Shown here: positions 48,753 through 57,496 of the stretch, one piece after another
Position numbering within the stretch: the first letter of the stretch is position 1
Layout of the letters: each line of letters opens with the position of its first letter
Source of the DNA: Polyangiales bacterium
GTDB lineage: Bacteria > Myxococcota_A > Polyangia > Polyangiales > Houyiibacteriaceae
DNA length: 64,000 nucleotides
Assembly: GCA_045106895.1 (NCBI GenBank)
Contig: JBGCFM010000100.1
Location: forward strand, 42,852 to 106,851
Reading direction: 5' to 3'
Notes under the pieces: model-generated
What the model saw: only the letters and a program-made list of their open reading frames with translations
Told to the model about the DNA's origin: nothing
Database searches by the model: none
Translations under genes and position numbers: made by a program

Positions 48753-51700
48753 TCAGTTCGCGCTCGCGCTGCGCACTTGTTCTTGCGCAGGCAGTTTCCA
48801 TAGCTGGTCGTAGTGCGCACGAAGCGCAGCGTCGTCTCCGACGCGCGCCATGCACTCACCGATAAGTCGTTCCACTTCTTCTCGGGCAATCTTCACCGGC
48901 GCGCCGGCGACGAACATAGCGTCGTTGCCCCGCCCGTGTACGAGTGTCCGAACGGCCATCCAAAGTGGCAGCAAGCAGAACAGCCGCACGGACGTCTGCT
49001 CTTTCGGAATCGTCAGCGTGTATTCAAGGGCGCGGTCGAGGTGCTCTTGTGCTCGGTCAAAGAGGGGTGCGACGGCGGCGTGGGCCGCGTCTCTCTTGTT
49101 CTCGTCGACGAGGTTCTGAATCGTCAGTCCGGCGGCTGCACAGGAAGTGCGGGGCACGTAAGAGACGTGCCGTGTTCGGTCGTCGGTCACATCTTTGAGA
49201 ATGTTGACGAGCTGAAGACCGAGTCCAAACGCTTCTGCGTTCTTCCGCAGGTCGAGTTCCAACGACGCGCTCTCCCGCCCGAACTCTTCAACGAAGAGGT
49301 CCGTCAACATGTGACCGACGGTACCCGCGACGAAGAAGCAGTAACGCTCAAGGTCTTCAACGGTATGCATCGCGTTGAACCCATCGGCTTCGTTGCCGCG
49401 ATGCGAGTAAAGCTGCATGCCCCGAACCATCTCTTCAATCCAGCGGGTGGCCTTGCGCTGCATCTCGCTTGGGATGGACCGATAGACACGCATCACGACG
49501 GAGAGATGGCGCGCCAAATCGGCTTCCGTTTCGTCGCCGCGGACCCCTTCGAAGAGGCGCTCGAAGCGTTTGACTTCGGCGCTCTCGGGCGATGCCTGCA
49601 GAGCGCTGAGGAACACGTGGTAGCGCTCGTCGCGTTCACTCATGGTGAAGAACGCGTTGTCTTCGATGGTGTCGGCGATACGGCAGAGAAGGTAACCGCA
49701 CATTACTGCGGAGCGAAGGTCTCCAGGGAGCATCTCAATGGGGCGCGCGAAGCTTCGTGAGACCGCCAGGAGCGCGTCGTGGCAGTAAGCGTGGTCTGCG
49801 GCACTGGCGCGCCCTGCTCTCTGCTTTCCAGGAGCCTGAAGACGCGAAGTGCGCATGTCGCGGTAAAGCCGAAGCGCCTCACCAGCCAACTCGTCCAGTG
49901 AGTCTTCGCTAGAAAGCGACACAAGACACGCCGCGGCGGCGTCGACGTAGGGCGCGCCGGTTCGCAAAATGGCGCGGGCAACAAGAGTGGTCGTCCGCAA
50001 GTCACCGATGCGACCGGTGTCTTGCTGAGCGGCGGCCACGTGCCGAAAGGCACGGCGAATGCGCGGATGAAAGACCGGCATGCCTGCCGTGACAAGGCAT
50101 TCGGCGGCGAGAGCTGTTCGTCGTAGATCTCCGAAAGACCCGCTCGCCTCTTGCTCGCGTTCGAGGCGCTCGCGCAAAGGAATCAGCGCCGACTGCAAGA
50201 GACTGGCGCGAAGTCCGGGGAGTTCGGTCGCGACCTCGGCGAGAACGAGGACGCTCTTGCTCGTTGCTTGGAGGTCGAGGTCAGCCTTCGAGGCAACCTG
50301 CGCTGCGACGCGGCGGGCGACACTCTGCGCGAGCGCAACCGTTTCGCCGAGCGCGGGCCCTCCAATGGAGCGCCGAAGTCGCGTCTCTTCGTCCAGCGCA
50401 TCACTCGACTCACGCACTCGCGCGATGAGAGCGTCTACATCGACGTCGACGGATGCAGGCGCCGGGGCGCGTCCTCGTTCCGGCGCAGCGGGGCGGATTC
50501 GAAGGCCCGCAAGGGGATGCGCCGCGGAGCTCTTGTCACGAACGCGTTGGCGCAACGCCGTGGGCAAAAGGCTCGCCGCCGGCCACTGCGCGAACTCCAT
50601 GAAGGTGCCGAGTTTGTGGGCTTTCCCGGAAGTGATCTGCCCGGCAGCGGCGCCCGCCGCCACGCGCACAAACGCAGCGCCAAACTGACCGAGTCGAAGC
50701 TCGTCGCCGCCGAGGATGCGCATCGTTCGGTCTCGCTCGGCGCGGCTATTTCGCCACGTCGAGTACATCGAGTCGCGGATGGCCACGGCGGCCTCGTCGT
50801 CGCGATTAAAGACGTGGTGGAGCGCGTTTGCGAGTAGCTCCGGCGTGTAGCTGCGGGGCTCACGCTTGGCCGCGTAGCTCGCGGCGTCGTCACTCTCAAC
50901 GAGGGCGGCGGCGTCCTTGAGCCCGATGGTGATCCCGCTGGCGGTCAGCGGATGGTAAAAGCCCACGGCGTCACCAACGAGAGCGACGTGTCCTTCTCCG
51001 TACGCCGCGCGCGGCGAGAAGCGATTGCACGCCCAGATGAGGCGCTGGGTCTCAAGAGCGCGCCTGAATGCGCCGCGAAGAGAGACAGGGAAGCGATCGC
51101 CGAAGGCTTCCCAGAGGTAGCGCGCGTCCCGCCGTGAACCCGGGTAGTCGACGGGCACGTCGATGCAGGCGCGTACTCGCCCTGGAGCGATGCGGTAAAG
51201 AAGAACCGGACCGGGACCGCCGAGCAACACATGGCCGAACCCCTCGAAGGGAAGTTCAACGTCCTCGAGCTCAAGCCCCGCCATGTAGGAGACGATGTCG
51301 GCGTTGGTGGGTCCGTAGAGGCTCTTGCGAACAACGGACGAGCGACCGTCAGCACCGACGATGCGCCCCGCATGTACCACGGTCTCGGCCTCACCCTTGC
51401 GCTGAAGCGTCACGTTGTGACCCTCAATCTTGGTGACTCGGACCCCTTCGATGTACTCGAGGCCAGGAATCTCACTCGCCTGTGCGCGTAGACCCGTGAC
51501 CAGCTCCCCATGCTCACACGTGAAGCCGAGCTGGCGATCCGTATACTCAAGACGAATTGGATCCGTGCCATCGTCCGGGAACACCGCGAACCCCTCACAC
51601 GCCAGGTGACCTGCCGTGATGCCGTGGGGAGTCAGCTCAAGTTTCGCCAGGGCGGCGGCGCCTGCGGGGTGAATCCACTCACCAGCGAAGCGAAAGGACG

Positions 51701-51821
51701 CTTTGGGATTGGCCTCAACCAGGAGAACGCTCAGGCCGCGTCGGGCAAAACCAGCGGCCGCAGCGACACCAGCAGGGCCGGCTCCGGCGACGAGGACATC
51801 GTAGTGTTGGGACGTGCTCAT
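48753..51821 (-). CDS. Fusion protein: squalene epoxidase (aa ~1-420), degenerate triterpene-cyclase-like segment, squalene synthase (aa ~675-1022)
   Basis: N-terminal part: GAGPAG, RFAGEWIHP, GADGRSS, LVGDAVGFYHPLTASGIT and ANALHHVF. C-terminal part: VSRSF flap, LCRIADTIED, YCFFVAGTVG, GLGLQLVNILKDVTDD and RLFCLLPLWMA. Single uninterrupted ORF. Confidence 0.9.
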   Translation of the reverse strand: MSTSQHYDVLVAGAGPAGVAAAAGFARRGLSVLLVEANPKASFRFAGEWIHPAGAAALAKLELTPHGITAGHLACEGFAVFPDDGTDPIRLEYTDRQLGFTCEHGELVTGLRAQASEIPGLEYIEGVRVTKIEGHNVTLQRKGEAETVVHAGRIVGADGRSSVVRKSLYGPTNADIVSYMAGLELEDVELPFEGFGHVLLGGPGPVLLYRIAPGRVRACIDVPVDYPGSRRDARYLWEAFGDRFPVSLRGAFRRALETQRLIWACNRFSPRAAYGEGHVALVGDAVGFYHPLTASGITIGLKDAAALVESDDAASYAAKREPRSYTPELLANALHHVFNRDDEAAVAIRDSMYSTWRNSRAERDRTMRILGGDELRLGQFGAAFVRVAAGAAAGQITSGKAHKLGTFMEFAQWPAASLLPTALRQRVRDKSSAAHPLAGLRIRPAAPERGRAPAPASVDVDVDALIARVRESSDALDEETRLRRSIGGPALGETVALAQSVARRVAAQVASKADLDLQATSKSVLVLAEVATELPGLRASLLQSALIPLRERLEREQEASGSFGDLRRTALAAECLVTAGMPVFHPRIRRAFRHVAAAQQDTGRIGDLRTTTLVARAILRTGAPYVDAAAACLVSLSSEDSLDELAGEALRLYRDMRTSRLQAPGKQRAGRASAADHAYCHDALLAVSRSFARPIEMLPGDLRSAVMCGYLLCRIADTIEDNAFFTMSERDERYHVFLSALQASPESAEVKRFERLFEGVRGDETEADLARHLSVVMRVYRSIPSEMQRKATRWIEEMVRGMQLYSHRGNEADGFNAMHTVEDLERYCFFVAGTVGHMLTDLFVEEFGRESASLELDLRKNAEAFGLGLQLVNILKDVTDDRTRHVSYVPRTSCAAAGLTIQNLVDENKRDAAHAAVAPLFDRAQEHLDRALEYTLTIPKEQTSVRLFCLLPLWMAVRTLVHGRGNDAMFVAGAPVKIAREEVERLIGECMARVGDDAALRAHYDQLWKLPAQEQVRSASAN

Positions 51822-52080
51822 AGGGTAAATCGAGGGTGAGGGAGGGCCTTTGGCAAGGGCGCCAGAGGGGCTATTCCACGATTGCCTCGTAGCATTCGAC
51901 CTCCCAAATGGAACGTGTTTCGGCTGAGCTGTGCTGTGGTACGGCTGAGCCGTTGTGCAGGATCGGTGAACCGTGTTCCAAAAACGGCACCCGGTTTCCC
52001 GTAATTCCTAATAGTTTCGTTACGTTATCGAAATACTGTGTTCGAAGCCGGGCCCTCTGGCGCACGATCGTGCTTAACGG

Positions 52081-52112
52081 AAAAAGGCCATTCCCGACTG
52101 GGAACGGCCTCT
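52081..52112 (-). terminator. Rho-independent terminator of the OmpA gene
   Basis: On the minus strand, AGGCCGTTCCC-AGTC-GGGAATGGCC followed by a T-run, just after the stop at 52134. Confidence 0.8.
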
Positions 52113-52133
52113 TCACGTCAAAAAGGGGAGACG

Positions 52134-54146
52134 CTAGATCTCGGGGCGGTAGCGACGACCGGCCGGGCAACCCAGCTCAACGCCCGTTGGGCCATTCTCC
52201 GTGGAGATGATCTTGAACACAACGCGTCGGTTCTGCTCCCAGGCAGCTGCATTGCTTCGCTGATCAAGAGGGCAGACCTCGCCGTAGCCGGCGCTGATGA
52301 GCCGGTCCCGGGCAACGCCGCGCTGAACGAGGGCTTCCACAACGGATGCCGCACGGTCGCGGGTGAGGCGCAGGTTGTATTCGTCGGCTCCACGCTCATC
52401 TGCGTGGCCTTCAACCTCGATCTGCGTGATCTGTGGGTTGCCGTTGAGCGTCGCGGCGACGGCATCGACGATGGAGTAACTGACCTGTTGAATCACAGCG
52501 CTGTCGGTCTCGAAGAGGATCTTGTCGAGAATGATGATCTGGTCATCTTCGACGATGACGGTGCCGCGGTCGGGACAACCATCTTCATCTTCGAAGCCGT
52601 TGTACGACTCTGGGTCGACAGGACATGAGTCGTCACCATCCAAAATACGGTCGCCGTCATTGTCGGGGTCCGGACAACCGTCTTGGTCCTGGAAGTTGTC
52701 CACGTCCTCGGGGTCGTTTGGACAGAGGTCGTCGGTGTCGAGAATTCCGTCGTTGTCGTTGTCGGGATCGGGGCAACCGTCCTCGTCCTGGAACCCGTCA
52801 CGGTCTTCAGGGTCGTCTGGACACTCGTCGACCTCGTCGAGGATGCCGTCACCGTCGCGGTCACCGCTGTTGCCTTCGGGACAGCCGTCTTCATCGGCGT
52901 CGCCATCACGGTCCTCGGGAACCAGCGGACACTCGTCGTCATCGTCGAGGATGCCGTCACGGTCATTGTCGGGATCCGGACAGCCGTCTTCGTCGGCGAA
53001 GTTGTCGAAGTCCTCGGGCTCGTCAGGACACTGGTCCACGTCGTCCTTGTAGCCGTCGCCATCGCGGTCGCCGATGCTCGGCTCGAAGATGAAGCCGGCC
53101 ATCGCGCGGAAGTTGGCGGACTGGAATGCGTTGAAGGGAGGCAAGTTGCCGCCGGCGGCGAGCACGAGGTAGCTCGACTGCTGGACGAAGATCTTGAGAC
53201 CCAGGAGGCCCTCGATGCTGAGAGTCTCGGAGTCGCCGATGCCGTTGGAAAGCTGTGTGCCGTAGATTTCGCCGGTGATGTCCAGGGACTCGGCGGCGCG
53301 AACGCTCATGCCAAGGCCGAAGGTCATAAGACCGCCGGAGTAATCCACGTTTGTACCGGGGTCGGTCAACGATGCGTTGATGGCGTTGCCCATGAGGTCG
53401 CTCGGCATCGTCTCGCCGCCGACTGGAATCGTTGCGCCGTCGCCGAAACCGATTCGGTAACCAAGCTCAACGGAGAGGCGGAAACGACGGTGGGGACGCC
53501 ACTCACCGACGAGGCTTGGCCAGAGGGAGACGCCGGGCTCGCCGCCAAACGCTTCAGCGTTGCCCGTTGGCAGACCGATGCGAAGAATCGCCGCAAGGCC
53601 GATGGGGTCGCGCTCGGCTCGAAGGATACGGAACTTGCCGTGAATCTTTAGGTCGCCGATGCCCTGCACATCGAGGCCCTGCGGCATGCGTGGCATGCCG
53701 TTCGCCATGGCGTCGTTGTAGACGCCTGGGATACGAATGTTGCTTCCCTGGATAAAGTAGATCGGGAGCTGAATACCGACGACGAGGCGGTTCACGAGAC
53801 CGAAGTTAAAGTGCAGTGTTCCCGTGACGTAGTTATCCACGAGATGCGAGGTTCGCTCCGCCATCCCGGCAGGGACGGTGTCGTCGTTCTCGAAGCCGCT
53901 GAAGGGCATGATGTTACGGCCGTAGTCGAGGATGAGGCCGAAACTGAAGTCTCGGTGTCCAAGAATATCGGTTCCATTAACCGTGAAGTGACCCTTCGAG
54001 TCTACGGCTGGGCGGAAGAGATGAAGGTCCATGCCCCCACCCCCGTCGATGGCTGCCGAGCCCTGTGCCTGAGCACTGCTCGGCGCGAGAGCCCCAAGGC
54101 ATGCCAAAAGAGCAATCCCCAAACCGTGTGCGATCCTGCGACGCAT
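52134..54146 (-). CDS. OmpA-family outer-membrane protein with TSP3 repeats (TraB-like architecture)
   Basis: Signal peptide AQA-Q, N-terminal beta-barrel-like region, five DxDxDG..D..D.CP..PE..DG..D.DGCP repeats, and C-terminal IEVEGHAD...RA..V...GYGE...NRRV OmpA domain. Confidence 0.88.
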   Translation of the reverse strand: MRRRIAHGLGIALLACLGALAPSSAQAQGSAAIDGGGGMDLHLFRPAVDSKGHFTVNGTDILGHRDFSFGLILDYGRNIMPFSGFENDDTVPAGMAERTSHLVDNYVTGTLHFNFGLVNRLVVGIQLPIYFIQGSNIRIPGVYNDAMANGMPRMPQGLDVQGIGDLKIHGKFRILRAERDPIGLAAILRIGLPTGNAEAFGGEPGVSLWPSLVGEWRPHRRFRLSVELGYRIGFGDGATIPVGGETMPSDLMGNAINASLTDPGTNVDYSGGLMTFGLGMSVRAAESLDITGEIYGTQLSNGIGDSETLSIEGLLGLKIFVQQSSYLVLAAGGNLPPFNAFQSANFRAMAGFIFEPSIGDRDGDGYKDDVDQCPDEPEDFDNFADEDGCPDPDNDRDGILDDDDECPLVPEDRDGDADEDGCPEGNSGDRDGDGILDEVDECPDDPEDRDGFQDEDGCPDPDNDNDGILDTDDLCPNDPEDVDNFQDQDGCPDPDNDGDRILDGDDSCPVDPESYNGFEDEDGCPDRGTVIVEDDQIIILDKILFETDSAVIQQVSYSIVDAVAATLNGNPQITQIEVEGHADERGADEYNLRLTRDRAASVVEALVQRGVARDRLISAGYGEVCPLDQRSNAAAWEQNRRVVFKIISTENGPTGVELGCPAGRRYRPEI
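52570..53075. repeat. Five ~99-bp coding repeats (thrombospondin type-3, Asp-rich Ca-binding)
   Basis: The translation shows five ~33-aa units, each ending DGCP[DE]. Confidence 0.85.
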
Positions 54147-54279
54147 ATGCGCTTTCCTCCTGCGCGCGAAAACCCGCGCTCCGGCCCGGGCTTACCACGG
54201 GATTCTCTAATAGGCCAAGCTAGGTGTAACTTTCCCTACCCCAATTTGGGCCATGTGGCCTCGGAGGGTGGAGTTGGCC

Positions 54280-55935
54280 TCAGTTTTGAGCCGAAACCTG
54301 GCGGCGATAGACGGGAGCGCGTTGGCCCGTGGGGTAGCGTCGAAGGTAGTCGCCCATCAGGCGCTGAGCGGCGGCGGTGTTACCGACAGCTCTGTAGGCT
54401 TCGATAAGAAAGGGCAGGCTCTCACGGGTCGTTGGCCCACGAGTGAGCCGCTGAATGACACAGCGATTGTTGAAGTTGCACTCGCGCATGACTTCCCGTC
54501 CGCTGACGCGGGTCGAGGAGGTCATCTCGGCGGTCATCTCCGCGCTCATCATCTGCGTCATCACCGGATTGGTGTTCATCGGGTTCGGATTGCGTCGCAT
54601 GTTCCGAGGTCCGCGGACTCGCGCCTGGGCGGAGAGTTGGCGCTGAAGCTCTTCGGCGGCCTGATAGATTTCGGACTCTTCCTCGGAGTGGTTGAACACC
54701 TGGTCGAGTTGCCGGAGCGCAGAGGCGCGGTCGCCGTTCTCGGCGTCGGTCTGCGCGGCCTGATAGTAGTGCTGCACAAAGGAGTTTCGTGCCTGCTCAA
54801 CTTCTGGGCGATCGCGGAAAGCGCTGTCCGTCGGAAGAGAATCGAAGGCCATCCACGCGTCTTCGACACGCCCATGGCTCAGGTGCTCGACACCTTCTTC
54901 AAACTGCTCTTGGGCGCCGACACGTCCCTGAGCGCGGCGCTGGCAGTCCGACGCCATGGCGCTGTCTGGGTTGATCAGGAGAGCTCGCTCAGCGGCGGCA
55001 TTCGCCGCGACAAAGTCCTCGTTGCGCAGCGCTTCGACGCACGCCTCGGTGGCGGCCAAGAAACGTTGGGCCGAATCTTCTGGACCGGTGTTTTCTGGGG
55101 TCTCGTCAGGTGGCTCCTGAATCGGAGTCACGACTGGCTCGGGCGTGGGCCGGCCGCTGTCCGTGAGGGCCAAGAGCCCCGCCACGACAATCGCCATGAC
55201 GACGATGCCCACGCCGATGAGCGTGTTTCGTTTCCGCGGGTCCGCCGCCGTGGGCATGACCAACGCGTCCATCTGGATAGTTCGGTCTGCCTCGAAGGAG
55301 TAACGTTCTCCTTCACCAACGAAGCGAAAGCGTACTTGGCCAAGCTCAAGCTCGTCGCCTGGGCTCAACGTCGCCTCAGCGACCTCATCGTTGTTGAGGC
55401 GCACCCCGTTGGCACTCTGAAGGTCCACGACATGGAACTGATCGCCCTCGCGCCGAATCTCCGCGTGTTCACGCGAAATGGAGCGATGGTTGACCCATAC
55501 ATCGAGGTCTTCGGCGCGACCGATCTTGATCGCGCCCTCGGGCAAGGCGAACTCGGCGCCGGGAGCCGGGGGCGTGAGCATGACGAGTCGGGCAGGTGGA
55601 ATCGCCGCTACCGCAGGCTGGGGAGCCGCGCCGACCTCCGTGGCTTCTTCATTCTGAAGCGCCAGGACGTAGTCACCGATAACAACCTTGTCGCCTGCTT
55701 CCAGTCGCGTGTCTTGGTCGATGCGTCGCCCGTTGATGCGGACGCCGTTGTACGATTCGAGATCGTGAATCACGAAATGACCGTCGGAGCGCGCGAGACG
55801 TGCGTGCTTTCGTGAGACGTTACGCTCCGTTAGACGGATCGTATTGCCTTCCTTACGACCGATCGTAATCTCGTTGCGAACTAAGGGGACGACGGTCGTT
55901 TTGCCTTCGTCGTCCGAAATGACGAGCTTATACAT
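54280..55935 (-). CDS. Tandem-FHA-domain membrane protein with a periplasmic TPR-like region
   Basis: IGR...NVSRKHA...SYNG and IGR...SISREHA...SANG FHA motifs; one TM helix; helical C-terminus. Confidence 0.85.
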   Translation of the reverse strand: MYKLVISDDEGKTTVVPLVRNEITIGRKEGNTIRLTERNVSRKHARLARSDGHFVIHDLESYNGVRINGRRIDQDTRLEAGDKVVIGDYVLALQNEEATEVGAAPQPAVAAIPPARLVMLTPPAPGAEFALPEGAIKIGRAEDLDVWVNHRSISREHAEIRREGDQFHVVDLQSANGVRLNNDEVAEATLSPGDELELGQVRFRFVGEGERYSFEADRTIQMDALVMPTAADPRKRNTLIGVGIVVMAIVVAGLLALTDSGRPTPEPVVTPIQEPPDETPENTGPEDSAQRFLAATEACVEALRNEDFVAANAAAERALLINPDSAMASDCQRRAQGRVGAQEQFEEGVEHLSHGRVEDAWMAFDSLPTDSAFRDRPEVEQARNSFVQHYYQAAQTDAENGDRASALRQLDQVFNHSEEESEIYQAAEELQRQLSAQARVRGPRNMRRNPNPMNTNPVMTQMMSAEMTAEMTSSTRVSGREVMRECNFNNRCVIQRLTRGPTTRESLPFLIEAYRAVGNTAAAQRLMGDYLRRYPTGQRAPVYRRQVSAQN

Positions 55936-55988
55936 CAGTCACGAGACCTATTAATCAGCGTTTGTACGCGAAACGCGACCATCTGGCG

Positions 55989-56016
55989 ATGGTACCCCGC
56001 GAACACTGTGTGTCAA
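55989..56016 (-). promoter_or_regulatory. Sigma-70-type promoter for the FHA gene
   Basis: On the minus strand, TTGACA (56016-56011), a 16-nt spacer, then TACCAT (55994-55989). Confidence 0.6.
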
Positions 56017-56074
56017 TCTCGCTGTCATGTCGTGGCGCCGGCGGCTCGCCCATGCGACGCTCTTGAGCGTGGGA

Positions 56075-57496
56075 ATGAGGCGTCATCTCGTGATTTGCTC
56101 GGTGGTTTTGGCCCTACTGGTCGGCTGCGGGCCCACTCCTCCTCCTCCAGGAATTGGCGACACCGGCCTTCGAAGAGACTCTAATTCCCTCACAGACGCG
56201 GCTCTTTTGGACGCGGACACCGGTTCAGCGGACGTCTCCACCACCCCGCGGGGTCCGAATCCGCGTTTCCCTGCGGCCGATTTTGAAGTGGTTTTGCCCT
56301 ATATGGGGCCCGCCGTGACGATCCAGCGCGCCCTCGGAGCCCGTTCCAACAAGCTCGACGTCCATTTCAACTTTGATACTACCGGGTCCTTTTCCGAGGA
56401 AATAGATGCGCTGCAAAGCGATCTTGCCGGTCGAATCGTCCCCGCCGTCGAAGACCGCGTGAATGACGTGGCGTTCGGCGTGTCGCATTTTGAGGACTTC
56501 CCCCTAGACCCCTACGGTGCGCCTGGAGATGAGCCCTTCGAAGTTCTCTCCCCCATCACCACCAGCCGATCCCGCCTGGCCTCCGCCGTGTCAGCGTTGC
56601 GGAATCTGGGCAGCGGCGGCGACGCCCCGGAAGCCGGCTTCGAATCGCTCTATCAAATCGCGACGGGAGACGGCTACCGGCAGGGGGGCATCACCTACAT
56701 TCGCGCGAGCAGCGCGGGCATCGGTGGCGTCGAGTTTCGAGAGGATTCTCTTCGCGTCGTTCTTCACGCAACGGACGCCCCTTCGCATGAAGGCACGGAC
56801 TATTCGCCGGCACTCGACGGCGTACGAGGTCGGAGCGAAGCGATCGCAGCGCTCCAGGCGAATGAGATCCGCGTTATCGGAATCGTCACCACGACGAGCG
56901 CGCGGGCCAACCTGACGTCCCTCGTGCGAGCGAGCGGTGCGGTAGTTCGCGCCGAAGACGGCGTTTGCCGCACAGGCCTTTCCGGCGCCGAGCGAACCCC
57001 CGATGCCGACGGTACGTGCCCATTGGTTTTCGACGTAGGCGCGGATGGCGAAGGGCTCAGCGACGCCGTCGTCTCGTCCATCGTGGACCTTCTAAATGGC
57101 ATCGCTTACGGGCAAGTCTTCGGACGCGCTCGCGACGACTCTTTTGGTTTCGTTCGTACGGTCCTCGCCCTCTCCTCTAGCGCCGAAGGAGCCGAGCCCG
57201 GTCTCGCGGACCTGCGCCCCGTCGATGGTCTCGACGACACGTTCTTGAATGTGCGCTTTGGCACCGAGTTGATGTTCGAAGCCGTGCTCGAAAACCGCAC
57301 CCTCCCCGGCGCGGACTACGACCAGGTGTTGCGCCTCGAGATCGACATTGTCGGGGACTCCCAGCTCCTCGATTCCTTTAGCGTGCGCGTCACGGTTCCA
57401 GCGATGGACCGGCGGGACGCGGGAACGGACGCGGGCAATGATGGCGGACCACTCGATGCGGGAGTGATGGACGCCGGAGTGATGGACGCCGAATGA
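56075..57496 (+). CDS. Lipoprotein with an integrin-beta-like vWA domain
   Basis: Lipobox LVGC; MIDAS-like FDTTGSF, FGVSHFED, GGDAPEAGFESLYQ, FR..SLRVVLHATDA; DAG-repeat tail. Confidence 0.75.
   Translation: MRRHLVICSVVLALLVGCGPTPPPPGIGDTGLRRDSNSLTDAALLDADTGSADVSTTPRGPNPRFPAADFEVVLPYMGPAVTIQRALGARSNKLDVHFNFDTTGSFSEEIDALQSDLAGRIVPAVEDRVNDVAFGVSHFEDFPLDPYGAPGDEPFEVLSPITTSRSRLASAVSALRNLGSGGDAPEAGFESLYQIATGDGYRQGGITYIRASSAGIGGVEFREDSLRVVLHATDAPSHEGTDYSPALDGVRGRSEAIAALQANEIRVIGIVTTTSARANLTSLVRASGAVVRAEDGVCRTGLSGAERTPDADGTCPLVFDVGADGEGLSDAVVSSIVDLLNGIAYGQVFGRARDDSFGFVRTVLALSSSAEGAEPGLADLRPVDGLDDTFLNVRFGTELMFEAVLENRTLPGADYDQVLRLEIDIVGDSQLLDSFSVRVTVPAMDRRDAGTDAGNDGGPLDAGVMDAGVMDAE

Noticed and set aside
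51851..51864. Sigma-54 promoter for the sterol operon (minus strand TGGCGCCCTTGC)
   Set aside because: The GG-to-GC spacing is 7 nt rather than the required 10.
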